This document shows positions 53,368 to 64,000 of a stretch of DNA of 64,000 nucleotides, piece by piece. Within the stretch, counting starts at the first letter, position 1. The number at the start of each line of letters is the position of its first letter. Under the pieces are notes generated by a model, which did not search any database, was not told where the DNA came from, and saw only the letters and a list, made by a program, of their open reading frames with translations. The DNA lies in contig OX337236.1 in assembly GCA_946965045.2 (NCBI GenBank), forward strand, positions 620,001 to 684,000, in the 5' to 3' direction. This DNA is from Epithemia pelagica. Its lineage: Eukaryota > Protista > Bacillariophyta. The translations under genes were made by a program, and so were the position numbers.

Positions 53368-55607
53368 TCATTCGTTTGAAGTTCGCAATGTCTTCAGGAT
53401 TTTAAGAGCTTCATCCAGCTTGCCAATCCTTTTTTTCGTTTCTTCAAACTCCTGTGTTACATGATCAGGCACCTCGAAAAACGGCTCAAGTTTGTCATCG
53501 GGCACAGCCAGTAAAAGATTTTCTACTTCCTTCGCAATGCCTTCCATCATGCTTCTGCATAACATGGGAACATGGTCAACGAAACGACGAACTGCAATTT
53601 TTCCGTACCCGGCCAAGACAATTTGAAGATCTCCTGACACAAGGTCGGTGATGGATGTGGGTCGTCGTTCTGTAAACGTAGCCTTAATTATTGTCCTGAC
53701 TGTGTTCATAGGGGTAGTAGTATTGCATTGCAAATTCAGAGCATTTTCAAGCGCACTCTCGAGACTTTCCGTAAGGTGACGTAGAATTTCCTCGGACAGT
53801 TCGTCTTGTTGAGTGAATGGTAACTCGTTGACTGACAGAAAATCATTAACTTTCGACAATGTTTCTTTGAGTGTGAAATCCATTGCCGCGTTTGTTTGCT
53901 CTTTCAATAAGTTCGTCAAATATCCAAAAGGGGAAACATTTGCTTTTCGGCCACTGAAATGCAAACAGTTCTGAGCAGCGCAGCAGTGTCTTTAACCAGC
54001 TGACGCGCGGGCTCCCCCCATTCTTCCTCAACGAGACGGCGCACAATGGACTTGAACAGAACATCGTCTAGAAATATCGGTTGTCTGAAACCCATGTGTT
54101 GCTTGACAGGCTCGTGCAACCATACAGAATCCCTCCGCACTGTCTGTGTCGGAGGGATTGCCTTGAGCTCAACCCGCTCATTATTCTCCCTCTTCACGAA
54201 AACGCGCCCTCCTTCGACGATGACTTCGGAGCTTGGTTCGGCCGTCGGCTTATATCCACTCACTGTATACGTGTCGTTGAAAACGTTGTCTTGGACAATT
54301 GCCTTCACCTTACCTTTCACCAGAGTGGACCCGACATAGACTTGAGCATCGTCCCCCTCGCGAGGGCGATCAATAGCTGCCAATCTTGTTGAGCTTAAAG
54401 CAGCCTTAAACTCTTTAGTGTTCTCACTTAACTGGGCGTTCAAAGATAATTCGTCCCTATCGTTGCCATCAAAACGTTTCGTCAATGCCTCTCGGTAATT
54501 ACGAACAATATCAAGAAACCTGCGTAGGCGCTCTGAAGCAGACTTTGACATTGTTCCCCTGGTCAAAAGCTTTTCCTTTGCCTCTTCTCGCTTCTCTTGG
54601 ATTTCGGTAACAATGCTTTTAAAGCTGTTTAGGATTAAGTCCTTGAGAAGGGCGCCAAGCTTCTCTCTCAGCTTCGCCGTTCCTAGCAACGACCGATCGC
54701 CAATTGTTTTCCATGGATCTCTCTCTGCAAAGAAGTGTTCTTCCTTGCTGAGACCCTCTCTGATGGTAACGTTTTTGTCCAGATCCGATTGCCCTCTGCC
54801 CTTCACCATATGGAAGCCGTGTTCGAAACCATCAGTTTTCTTTCCGAGAAGCAAGTCCACAACAGCTCCTTCAGCTCCCTTATCGACTAAATCCGGCTTT
54901 GTGAGCACTGGTAAGGTTCTGCGTGTCTGCGGATCTGCCTTCTTTGCATCTCTCATTATCTGGGAGTTGTGGAAATCAACATTGGAGGGGTGGACAGCCA
55001 AGATTACACACCGGTCGTTCTTTAGATATTCATCAATCAGGGCCTGAATGTCTGGTGACAACGTTTCACTCTCTCCTTTCCCCGTAGCACGGACGATACC
55101 CGGAAGGTCGATCAGCGTAAGGTTGGTACAGTCAGGAGAATATATTTCCACATCCACAACGTCTCTGGAAACTTCCTTCTCGGTAGTGTTGATAATGTGC
55201 TGCTGGGCTTGGGCGATGCTTTGATGGATTTGGTTCCAAGCTTGTTTGTCCAAAGTGATTGGTGTAAAATTATCCTCACGGTAAGTATTGTCCTTGAACC
55301 TGAGACCAATCTTGGCTTTCCACGAACTGGACTTCTTCATCTTGATCATGATAGGGCAGCGAGTGGTCAATTCCGCAGAGCTTGGGAGTTCAATCTCAGC
55401 AATGTTTGAAAGAAGGGCACTTTTTCCACTGCTGGTGTCACCCATGACAGCAATCATTGGCAATTCAATGTATTTGTCAAGCCCACATTCCACCATCCTA
55501 TCAATAACAGACCGCATGCCTTCCGCGAACATATCGTAGTCCTTATTTCCTTCAAGAACGACAACGTCGCTGTCGAATTCTGTTTTCGTAGAGCGGAAGA
55601 GCCCCAT
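53368..55607 (-). pseudogene. Mx/dynamin-like large GTPase (GTPase, middle, GED), about 745 codons, one frameshift near 53920
   Basis: G1 VMGDTSSGKS, G2 TTRCP, G3 LIDLPG, G4 LTKPD. The C-terminal helical/GED-like part is in ORF 53368..53964, which overlaps in another frame. Confidence 0.85.
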
Positions 55608-56028
55608 TTCTTAAGTAGCCGCTTTTGTACTCGTGGGGATCAACAAGATTATGAGCCTTGTTAATACAATGCAGGTTTTTCGTGTCCCTTGACATCAAGC
55701 TTTGATGCGAATCCGTAACCATTTCCTTCAAGATTTGGTGTGAAAGTATCCAGCTGCCAAGCTCTCCGTTAGATTCAAGCTTTGGATTGAAAAGGTAAAC
55801 AAACTGACACAAGTTTCCCACCAAATCCCGAAACAAGATTCCCCCCAGACTGACTCATGTATTCCGCGAACGAGCACGTGAAAAGTTCCCTCGATCCGTC
55901 ACTCTCTCATTGAAAGTGAGTATGGAGAGTTCAGCTCTCAATCGACGGATAGGAGCAGATGGTTTTCGTCGCTGACACGGATTCAGATTCAAACGCGCCA
56001 GCTTCACTCACCACAAATGTCTCTTGTT

Positions 56029-57402
56029 TCAGTCTCGGGAGGCTTCCTGGTTCTCCTTCAAATAGTCTCCCAACCGAACTCGTACCTCCTCATCATGAAG
56101 TCTTCGTCGTTCCACCAAATCATCCCGAGTCAACAGGGACGCATCTTTCGCGACATCGAGGTCCTTCTCGTTTCCAGTTCCATTCGTGTCACGAGTGTCG
56201 TGCCTATTGCCCCATTTAGGAGGGGGACTCAACTTCTCCAACACCTCGATGCATTGAGTTGCCGTTGTTCCAACTCGATACCCCGTCTCAATCAAGGGTT
56301 TTGTGACTTTCATGTGCTGTTGCTGTGCGTGTTCCCATTGCAAGGCATGTTCGTGTACCTGGTCGGCATTGGCCACGGACGGTTGGAGTAAATTGCAAGC
56401 CACTTCCCATTGTTGATTGGCATAGGGGAGGGACAAGGCTTCGACACCAGGCAATCCACCTGGATTGCGACCTCGCAACTGTCGCGTCAGGGAATGTGCC
56501 AATTGTTTTGTGGTCGTACCAGTCGTTGTGGCATCCTGAGGATACAAGCGCAAATTGTAATTTTCGACAAACTCCAACGGGGCACCGACCGTGGCAATGT
56601 TGCTTTGCGCCGATTGGTGGTTGCTCGACTGGGAGGACGTCTTCTTCTTCTGGAGGTTGTTGGTCGTGGTTTCCTGGACCGTGTCGTTTCCTTCGTGCAA
56701 TCCTCCCGATTGGAAAAAGCGCGTCTTTTCTCTTCGCACTTGTGCCAAGGACATGCCGTGAGGATGCGCCGTACCATAGTAGTACACGCCTTGGACATGA
56801 GGTTCCATGGCCTCTCCAATGCATCGTGCGGCCCATCCGCTCGGTGTCGTAGGGACAAACCCTGCTGTAGATGTCGTATCCCCTTGTTTGTCGTCAAGCT
56901 CACGAGCTTCCCATGTATCTTCACCATTCGCGGTTTGACTACCATCCTCCACCACGAGAGGCATGACGGACACATGATCGACCAAGCCCACAAAGGGATG
57001 GGCATGCGATTCTTCCTCGTGGGACGTCTGTTGATCGCTAGACGACGCTGTGGACAATTCTTTCATGGCTTGCACCGCAAGAAAAGACGCCACTTGTGCC
57101 ACTTGAGGAGCCGTACCGGCCAAATGAAAGGAGGATCGATTGTAAATGGGATCGGCGTAGGCATGCACCACAACCACCACATTCGATGACGACGACTCTG
57201 TCGTCGGCATGTTGTTGGAACGCAGGCCTCCTCCTGGAGTGTTGGTTGGATTCCAGGAATGATCCAGACAGTCACGTTGCGCCAGTTGCAAGAGTCGCAA
57301 CAACAGGGATTTGTGGTGATGGTGACCTCCTGCCGAAACATAAATGTTACAGCCGACCCAACCCGAATACTGCGCAACGACACTGGATGCAAGGTTCATC
57401 AT
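56029..57402 (-). CDS. Glutamate formiminotransferase-like protein (no cyclodeaminase domain), about 457 aa
   Basis: GCNIYVSAG, YADPIYNRSSF, HPFVGLVDHVSVMPL, TVGA..FVENYN, GLPGVEAL, EVACNLL. First ATG at 57402. Confidence 0.85.
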   Translation of the reverse strand: MMNLASSVVAQYSGWVGCNIYVSAGGHHHHKSLLLRLLQLAQRDCLDHSWNPTNTPGGGLRSNNMPTTESSSSNVVVVVHAYADPIYNRSSFHLAGTAPQVAQVASFLAVQAMKELSTASSSDQQTSHEEESHAHPFVGLVDHVSVMPLVVEDGSQTANGEDTWEARELDDKQGDTTSTAGFVPTTPSGWAARCIGEAMEPHVQGVYYYGTAHPHGMSLAQVRREKTRFFQSGGLHEGNDTVQETTTNNLQKKKTSSQSSNHQSAQSNIATVGAPLEFVENYNLRLYPQDATTTGTTTKQLAHSLTRQLRGRNPGGLPGVEALSLPYANQQWEVACNLLQPSVANADQVHEHALQWEHAQQQHMKVTKPLIETGYRVGTTATQCIEVLEKLSPPPKWGNRHDTRDTNGTGNEKDLDVAKDASLLTRDDLVERRRLHDEEVRVRLGDYLKENQEASRD

Positions 57403-57787
57403 CCTGGTGTGTGAATGTTGTTTTTTGTTTTGAGGCGCCAGAATATGGACATCCACCACCAACGATTTCCTTGACCGTCACTTTAACGTTCGCTACGAGA
57501 TTGTCTTAGGGAGGATGCTGATACTTCGTCAACTTGCTCCATGGTCTTTCCAACGCATTGGGGAGGCGCAGAAAAATGAGTGGAAACACGTACGTGGAAA
57601 GGCCGTATCGCAGAAAGGTCTCTATTGGGTCGCTTTGGATACGTACAATCTACCTTTGCTAGCTCACAAAAACACAAAACAAAGGATGTATCCATCTATA
57701 TTAGGAGTATGTAGGTAGACCACACTATCGTCCAAGATGAAAACGAGCAAAGACTCCACTAGTTCCCACCTGTTCGTTTGCTGCTGA

Positions 57788-59854
57788 CTAGGGCGTGGTG
57801 GTGGTAGCCGTGACGGTGCTGCTGGCGGCCGTTGTGGTGGAGGGGGAATCGGCCGGAACGGCGGCGGCCGTCGTGGTTTGCCACACGTGCACATCGGATC
57901 CAAAAAAGATTTCCTCCAAGGCCTGAATCAAGGCTTGGACCTGTTCGGGTGTCGTATCGAGGTAGGGAGCAATGCGGAATCCCCCACATCGAGCTTGCAA
58001 AACAATTCCATACTTGCGTTCCAAATGCTGCGCCACTTGCACCAATTGTTTGGGCGACAAGCGTGCTGGATGATGTTCGTAATGGGGCACAGGAGCAGGA
58101 TGGTGCGGGTCCGTAGTGTGCAATGGTGTGGTGGGCGGCGACAATTTGTTGCGGGAGGGAGACCGTGCGGCCAATTCTTGGGCGGCCGTGACATGTTTGT
58201 GGACCAGGTAGGGTGGTGGTTGAATGCCAATCAAATGATAGGCATGTGGTTGTGATGGAATCACAAAGCCATGATCATGACACCATGCCAAGAGTGGTTG
58301 CATGCGTTGTTTCAAGATTTCTTGTGCCGTGGCCACCACCTGGTCCTGGACCAATTCCCGCAGCGAGGCTTGCAGCATGGGCATGAGGAGAGGATTGGCC
58401 TTGCCGCCGGCATCAAATTTACGAGCATTGGCAAAATAGGCTTCGGGATAGTATCCGGAATGGGGATCCATGAAATGTCCTCGTGTCGCGGCATTTTCGT
58501 AATAATCGGTTCCCGTCATGTCCCGACCCCGTTCGTGTTGATCCAAGGGCAACCAGGTATCGTGGACACTGGGATGCAAATAGACCAAACTCGTTCCAGC
58601 CGGTCCCCGCAACCACTTGTACGTACTACAGGCCACCATGGTGGGTTCAATGTCTTGCACGTTAATGGAATTCATGACCCCGACGGCTTGGGTGGCATCG
58701 ACAATGAGAGGAATGTGTCGCGAATGACACACTTTGCCAATGCGGACCAAATCAATCAGGCGTCCATCGGCCCAATGCAAGGGAGGGACCATGACGGCTT
58801 GAATGGAATTGTGCGAACTAAATCGATTCAAATGCTCCAAAATCGATTCCGTCCACGTTCGATGAGGATTGCCATATTCGTCTTCGGGGTAGGGCACCAC
58901 GTGGAGAGACCACGTCACGGCTGAACTATTCGTACTAGTACCAGTACTGTGAGGATCGTAATAGTGGTAGTGGGGAGTTGAATGGTGTACCGAAGACGAC
59001 GATGAAAAATGAGGCGATCGAGACCGTGGTGGGGAATGATGCTGAGGAGTGGCCATGTGAGAGGCATGATGGGGAGCATGATTGTGTTGTTGTGGTTGTT
59101 GCTGCTGCTTTTCGGAGGATGATAGAATGGCTGGGGACGAGGCCGCCGTGGCCAAGGATCCAGATGATGCCGTGGGTGGAATGCGTTTGCGACTGCGATT
59201 GCAAATTTCTTGCCATGGATAAATGGCCGATGGATACTGATCTTGCAAAACCAAGATTTTGGCCTGACGACGATGATCCTCGCCATTGGAGGAAGAAGAA
59301 TGCTGATGATGTTGTTGTTCGCGATGTTCTCGGTGTTCTCGAATCACTTGTTGCTGATACAATCGTGCAATATTGTGTGCGGCCAATGTAATGGCAAAGG
59401 CTGTACTGGGCATGACAGCGATATTGGTATTCGTGCCCGTTGTCGCCGTATCTCCAATCAATTGGGCAAACAAGGATCGGACCTCGGCTTCTTCCGAGAC
59501 AGCCACCATTTTCCAAGGAGGACGGTGCAAGGCTTCCATACCAGCTTGTTGGACGGCCGGCGAAAATCGACCTTGACCCGCATTGTTAAAATAAATCTTG
59601 CCGCCATCGTCCTCACTGGTCGTATTCTTGACGACGTGGAAAGGTGGTGGTTCGCGTTGCACTGTATCGCGTGCTACTACTGCCACTGTGTGATCCGGAC
59701 CATCTTGTGTTGCAGTCTCGTCTTGTTCATGATTCAGTAATGGTTCCTCCGGAGACAAGACCGGTGTGGATCGTGAACGAGATTTGCCTCCCCAACACGA
59801 AAGGAGACACCAAATTCCACCCATGGCAAGAATGGCTGCGGCGGTAACCAACAC
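57788..59854 (-). CDS. PLP-dependent class V aminotransferase (cysteine desulfurase/selenocysteine lyase-like) with an N-terminal hydrophobic segment; start uncertain
   Basis: YFNNAG, LIVDATQAVG, CSTYKWLRGPAG (PLP lysine), RKFDAGG. 59854 is GTG; first ATG at 59824. Confidence 0.85.
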   Translation of the reverse strand: MLVTAAAILAMGGIWCLLSCWGGKSRSRSTPVLSPEEPLLNHEQDETATQDGPDHTVAVVARDTVQREPPPFHVVKNTTSEDDGGKIYFNNAGQGRFSPAVQQAGMEALHRPPWKMVAVSEEAEVRSLFAQLIGDTATTGTNTNIAVMPSTAFAITLAAHNIARLYQQQVIREHREHREQQHHQHSSSSNGEDHRRQAKILVLQDQYPSAIYPWQEICNRSRKRIPPTASSGSLATAASSPAILSSSEKQQQQPQQHNHAPHHASHMATPQHHSPPRSRSPHFSSSSSVHHSTPHYHYYDPHSTGTSTNSSAVTWSLHVVPYPEDEYGNPHRTWTESILEHLNRFSSHNSIQAVMVPPLHWADGRLIDLVRIGKVCHSRHIPLIVDATQAVGVMNSINVQDIEPTMVACSTYKWLRGPAGTSLVYLHPSVHDTWLPLDQHERGRDMTGTDYYENAATRGHFMDPHSGYYPEAYFANARKFDAGGKANPLLMPMLQASLRELVQDQVVATAQEILKQRMQPLLAWCHDHGFVIPSQPHAYHLIGIQPPPYLVHKHVTAAQELAARSPSRNKLSPPTTPLHTTDPHHPAPVPHYEHHPARLSPKQLVQVAQHLERKYGIVLQARCGGFRIAPYLDTTPEQVQALIQALEEIFFGSDVHVWQTTTAAAVPADSPSTTTAASSTVTATTTTP

Positions 59855-60418
59855 CGCACTTGTCGAATTCGATGCTGTGAGTGTGGTCGTCCACGTGGTT
59901 GCAAAGGCGCTTCAAACACGGCACCACAAACGAATGAAGAGATGAATGGATAGCCTCGAACGGGCAACTAATTGCGACTCTTGCTTCTTTTTCTGGTTTT
60001 CGTTGTCACTTTTTTCTCTCTTTTTACAACGAGCAACAGAGTCTCGACTTTGCGAAGCAATCTGTCACGGAGGTTCGAGTTTGTTGGTTCGATTGCAACA
60101 AGCGAAGGCCATTCAACCACAGATCAAAGACAAAAATGGCTTCGCGATCTTGTTCGGATCTTTAGGGGTCGGTCGCGGATTTTTGGACGAGATAGTCTGT
60201 TGGGGAAATGACCTCACCGCGCTCACACAACCCTCTTTCACATAGAACTCCTCCATCAACAACAACATCAACCCAACCAGGACGAAGACTACTCCTACTA
60301 CAGTTGTAGTGTTGCGGTATCTCGCGACTGCGCGACAGAGTTTGGCCTATAATACAGTCTCACAACAACAACAGGGGGGCAGATTTCTGTGTCTTGTGTG
60401 TGTTTTTGTGGAGATTAC

Positions 60419-61246
60419 CTACACCACATCATCGTCGGCACACCAATAATTGTCGCCGTAATCATAGGTCAATTCTTCCCCGGGTAGAATATCCCGCTCG
60501 GCGACAAACCAAATGCGTGGTTGTCCCGACAAGCCAACGGGCAAACTCTTGGGTCGGAGATTGGGCTGTCCATCATGATTGAGAAACCGCGTCCACGAAC
60601 TGACATATTCGTCTTCGGCGTCGACAAACACCGTCGTGGCGTGTGTAATGGGGTCGGTCGCTACACCGTACAAGTAGGTGCCCGTCAGGGTTTGACCACG
60701 CTCCATGCGGGACCGTGTCCAGGCACGGTCCGTCTCGGTTTGCAAATGGGCGTTGGACGGCGTATAGAGGCGATCGGTTTGGGCCACGGACAAGATTTCC
60801 CCGGTATAATCGCCCACGGTCGTACCGGCGGAAATCACCGTGGTGGTCACCACGCCCAGGCCCTTGCCCGCAAAGGCTTGCAACTCCAAATGATCCGGCA
60901 AGCTTTGACGGGCGGGAGTATTCATGGGGATGGTGGCGGCAGTGGCGGCGTCCGAAGCAGTCGTTGTGGTAGAGTGTGCTCCTTCTATTGTGTCGAGATT
61001 GTCTCTATCGTTGGTCGGCGTCGATGGCTGTGTCGTCAACGGTGAAAGAATGACATTCTGGCCGAGACTGTCGAGGTAGGTGTTGGGCATCGCGTAGTGT
61101 CTGGAACGTCGATGTCTCTGTCGATTGGTACTACCACTGGTTATCACAAACGCCAACGAGGTTTGGTTCCCAACGAGCCAGACAAGAGACAAGAGCCACT
61201 GGCACATTGGCCGTCGTCGGCGTGTCGAACTCATGGGACGTTTCAT
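60419..61246 (-). CDS. Small SET-domain methyltransferase with a signal peptide plus SLAF motif (possible plastid targeting)
   Basis: GKGLGVVT, GDYTGE, WTRFLNHDGQPN, DILPGEELTYDYG; N-terminus WLLSLVWLVGNQTSLAFV. Confidence 0.8.
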   Translation of the reverse strand: MKRPMSSTRRRRPMCQWLLSLVWLVGNQTSLAFVITSGSTNRQRHRRSRHYAMPNTYLDSLGQNVILSPLTTQPSTPTNDRDNLDTIEGAHSTTTTASDAATAATIPMNTPARQSLPDHLELQAFAGKGLGVVTTTVISAGTTVGDYTGEILSVAQTDRLYTPSNAHLQTETDRAWTRSRMERGQTLTGTYLYGVATDPITHATTVFVDAEDEYVSSWTRFLNHDGQPNLRPKSLPVGLSGQPRIWFVAERDILPGEELTYDYGDNYWCADDDVV

Positions 61247-62253
61247 GGTGTTATTCCGTGCCAATCACCACACGCCGAGTTTCCGGTACTGTCTCTCGAC
61301 GAAATGAATGAATGAGCGTGCGAATAGTAGGTCCAAGTCCAATGACAAGGCTTCCAACACTGGCATCCAAAACAGCAATGTAGAGAATAGAGACTGTTGT
61401 CGTCGCTACCCTCGATTGTGGTCCAGTCGTCACAACAAACCACATGGACACTCGGAATTCTGTGCCATCAGTGATGTATCATGAAAAAAGATGGTTCTTC
61501 TTGCGAGTATGTGTCTGGTGCGACCAAAATGGGTCGCACTTCAAATGACGTCACCCATCACCCAACACCATCATTTTTTATGATTACGTTTTACGTTAAC
61601 CTATTCTCGTTTCGACACACTGTCCAGGATTGGCATGTCGACTGTCGACTACCTCCACCTCTAGGAGTATTCGACAAACCAACCATGCGTTGTTCGACAA
61701 CAACCAGAAGAATGTGATAAGCCGAGTGCGCATACTACTCTCTGCCGGGCGGATGCCTACTCCTGGATCATCGACAACATTGCGCGATTCCAGAAAGAAT
61801 GCTATACACTATACTCCGTTGCCGTATTCACAAGGTTGACTCCCTGGTGAGAATGTGTAAATCATGGCTCTCTTTCGGATCCAGAATCCAATCGCTTTCT
61901 CCTTTTTGGTGGATCCCCCAAAAACTAGACTTGGGAGACAAAGAACGATGCCGTGTCTAGCTGTTTCGTTCCTTGGAATGCCAAAATAAAGAGTAACGGC
62001 GCAGACGACGCCTTGCCACAAACAAAAACAATCACATGTTCTAGCAAGTTGCAGTACACCCTCGAGTGGGGGAGGCCTTGGCGATCCCAACGCAGCCACC
62101 ATCGCTACCGGCGGAGCAAGACGTATCGAATCGATACACCAAGAACAACAAAAACTGCAAAACGAGTGGAACGATTCGACGGTTCGCTCACCAAAAAGGG
62201 TTCTTGCCATGGACAAAAAAGCAAGTCCTGCACAAAACAGTAGTGCCACAGCA

Positions 62254-63656
62254 TTAGAGGGACTCCATGTCGTCTTCCAAACCCCCACCACCACCATTAC
62301 CCCATTCTTGACGCATCTGGTCCTCTTCCTCTTTGTCATCATCATCCGATTCGAACAAGTCTTGAAACAACAATCGTTCTTCCTCCTCGGTGCCACCAAA
62401 AAGGGGGATGAACGCAAGGTTGTTCCTCATAGCATTGTATTCACTGGTACTACTAGTGGACAATGACAACATGTTTGTTGGGGTCGTTGTTGCTGTCCCC
62501 ATGGTAGAAGACAAGGGCTGGTTGTACATGTTATCCATGGATGGTACTGCTGCTGTTGTTGCAGTAGAGTCTGGATGGTGGAAGGAAGGGACGATACTTC
62601 GAGACCTTTTGGGGTTTGGTTCGGCCAGATCCGCGTCCGTTTCGTGTTGTTCTTGTTGTTGTGGTTCCAGCTGTTCCAACGACCAGTTGGCATTTGGTCC
62701 TGGCGCCAAATACTGAAGCCTTGTTTCTTGTGTTTCTCGGGACGACGAGGCACCTGTGGGAGGGTATTGATGTGTAAATGGCTCTGTAGGCGGATGAACA
62801 TTGGGCCACGAGACGGTACGTCGCGCCGGTCGTTTCTTGGTGCTGGGAGACGCCGCAGCGTCCGGTACCTCACTGGCACTGGCCCGTCGCTGCTTACTGG
62901 CCACGCGACTGCGGAGAAACGTACTGCTGTTATTCGTATTCGGGGAAAAGTGGAAAGGCACCAAGGATCGTGGCCGCCGTGCTGGTTTTTGTGGTGTCGG
63001 TTGTTGTTCTTGTTCTTGTCGAGGAGAACCAACGGTGAATGACTCATTTTCTTCTTCTGGTCGTCGTCGTTCCAAACTCTGCTGCTGCTGCTGTTGTTGG
63101 TGCTGGTTTTGCTTGGAGCTGCGGGCCGCCACCATGTCGCGAAAGGCATGACTGCATTTGCGATGCACCTCCTTCTCGTTCAAGGGCACGTACGTGTGGG
63201 TGTCGGTGGACCATTTCAAAAAGCGACCGCCACTTTGACGAATGGTATTGGCCACCGTTTCAATCATTTCGCTCTTGGCCAAGCGGTCGGGAGCCTCCAT
63301 GTACTGGGCCAAATACAGAGACAAAAAGACGCGCATGCGACGATTGCCAATATTGTTAAAGGCCGACTTGTCTCGTCGACACAAGACATCGTACGGGCCA
63401 ATGACAACGCTGCTGCTCGAATGGGCGGTTGTCGTACTCCTCGGGAAGCCGCAGCAGTGGCAACCACCGGTGTGGAGCCATGTTCCTCCTCCGGATCATC
63501 CTCTCCGGTAACACTGGTCGGTGTACCGGTACGGCTTGGATCCTCCGTGACATTGTTGTGGTTCTTGTTGTTGTCGGCAGCAACTTTGAGTACTGCTGCT
63601 GAACGGTCCTGCTGTACGGTTTGTGCCTGGTTCGTTTGCTCGGTGGATCCGGACAT
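62254..63656 (-). pseudogene. DUF6824-like diatom family protein with an apparent frameshift near 63440
   Basis: GPYDVLCRR..NIGNRR.R..Y..K..I..GGRFL..RKCSHAFRD. That frame has a stop at 63498 and no ATG; the upstream ATG (63656) is in another frame. Confidence 0.6.
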
Positions 63657-64000
63657 TGAGGATTCCAACAGTCTCTGCCCAACTACGAGTTGCTTGTGGG
63701 TATCAAGGAGAAGTCGTCAAGGGTGTCGTTATTGTTGTTGCTCTTCTTATTATTATTCTTATTCTTCTTTTGGATGTTGGTGTCGAAGAATTTGTGGTGT
63801 CAAACGACAAAAGAGGCTTGTGAGATTCCGTAGATTCGTGGATGGATACAAGGGTGATGGTGTTTTCGATGGTGGGTCTCGGGGTTTTGTGAGAAATCTT
63901 GTGGAACTGATTGGAACTGTCGGAGGAATACAATCGATCATCCTTTAAGTGGTACGACTTCGCATTTGAAACGACCGTCTCCTCACCAATGAAATTGTAC

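Noticed and set aside
61809-62466. Overlapping 60-200 aa ORFs on both strands
   Set aside because: No motifs; partly antisense to the DUF6824-like gene.
1-64000. tRNA, rRNA or other known ncRNA genes
   Set aside because: None recognised by eye; tRNAscan-SE and Infernal would be needed to exclude them.

Overview
Eukaryotic nuclear DNA, most likely from a pennate diatom. This is inferred from CoDi-like Copia elements, short GT-AG introns, polyQ/T/N-rich ORFs, a DUF6824-like gene and a polyamine-synthase fusion. The window holds about 22 genes or gene relics and two complete, very young Ty1/copia LTR retrotransposons of unrelated families: 14336-20824 (-) and 45284-51467 (+), each with identical LTRs. 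Main observation: in both elements gag and pol are in the same frame, separated by a single UGA followed by C, with a strong RNA stem starting 9 nt (element A) or 7 nt (element B) after the stop. This is the signature of programmed stop-codon readthrough, which is rare in Copia elements. Other highlights: a secreted SET-SET-aminopropyltransferase-AdoMetDC-like fusion (long-chain polyamine machinery) beside an RxL/KxxK secreted ORF; a standalone TIR-like protein and an Mx/dynamin-like GTPase, both starting MGxxxS; a bacterial-type GyrI-like protein; and six disrupted family genes among intact multi-kb ORFs. All family assignments are from motif recognition by eye; no searches or folding programs were run.
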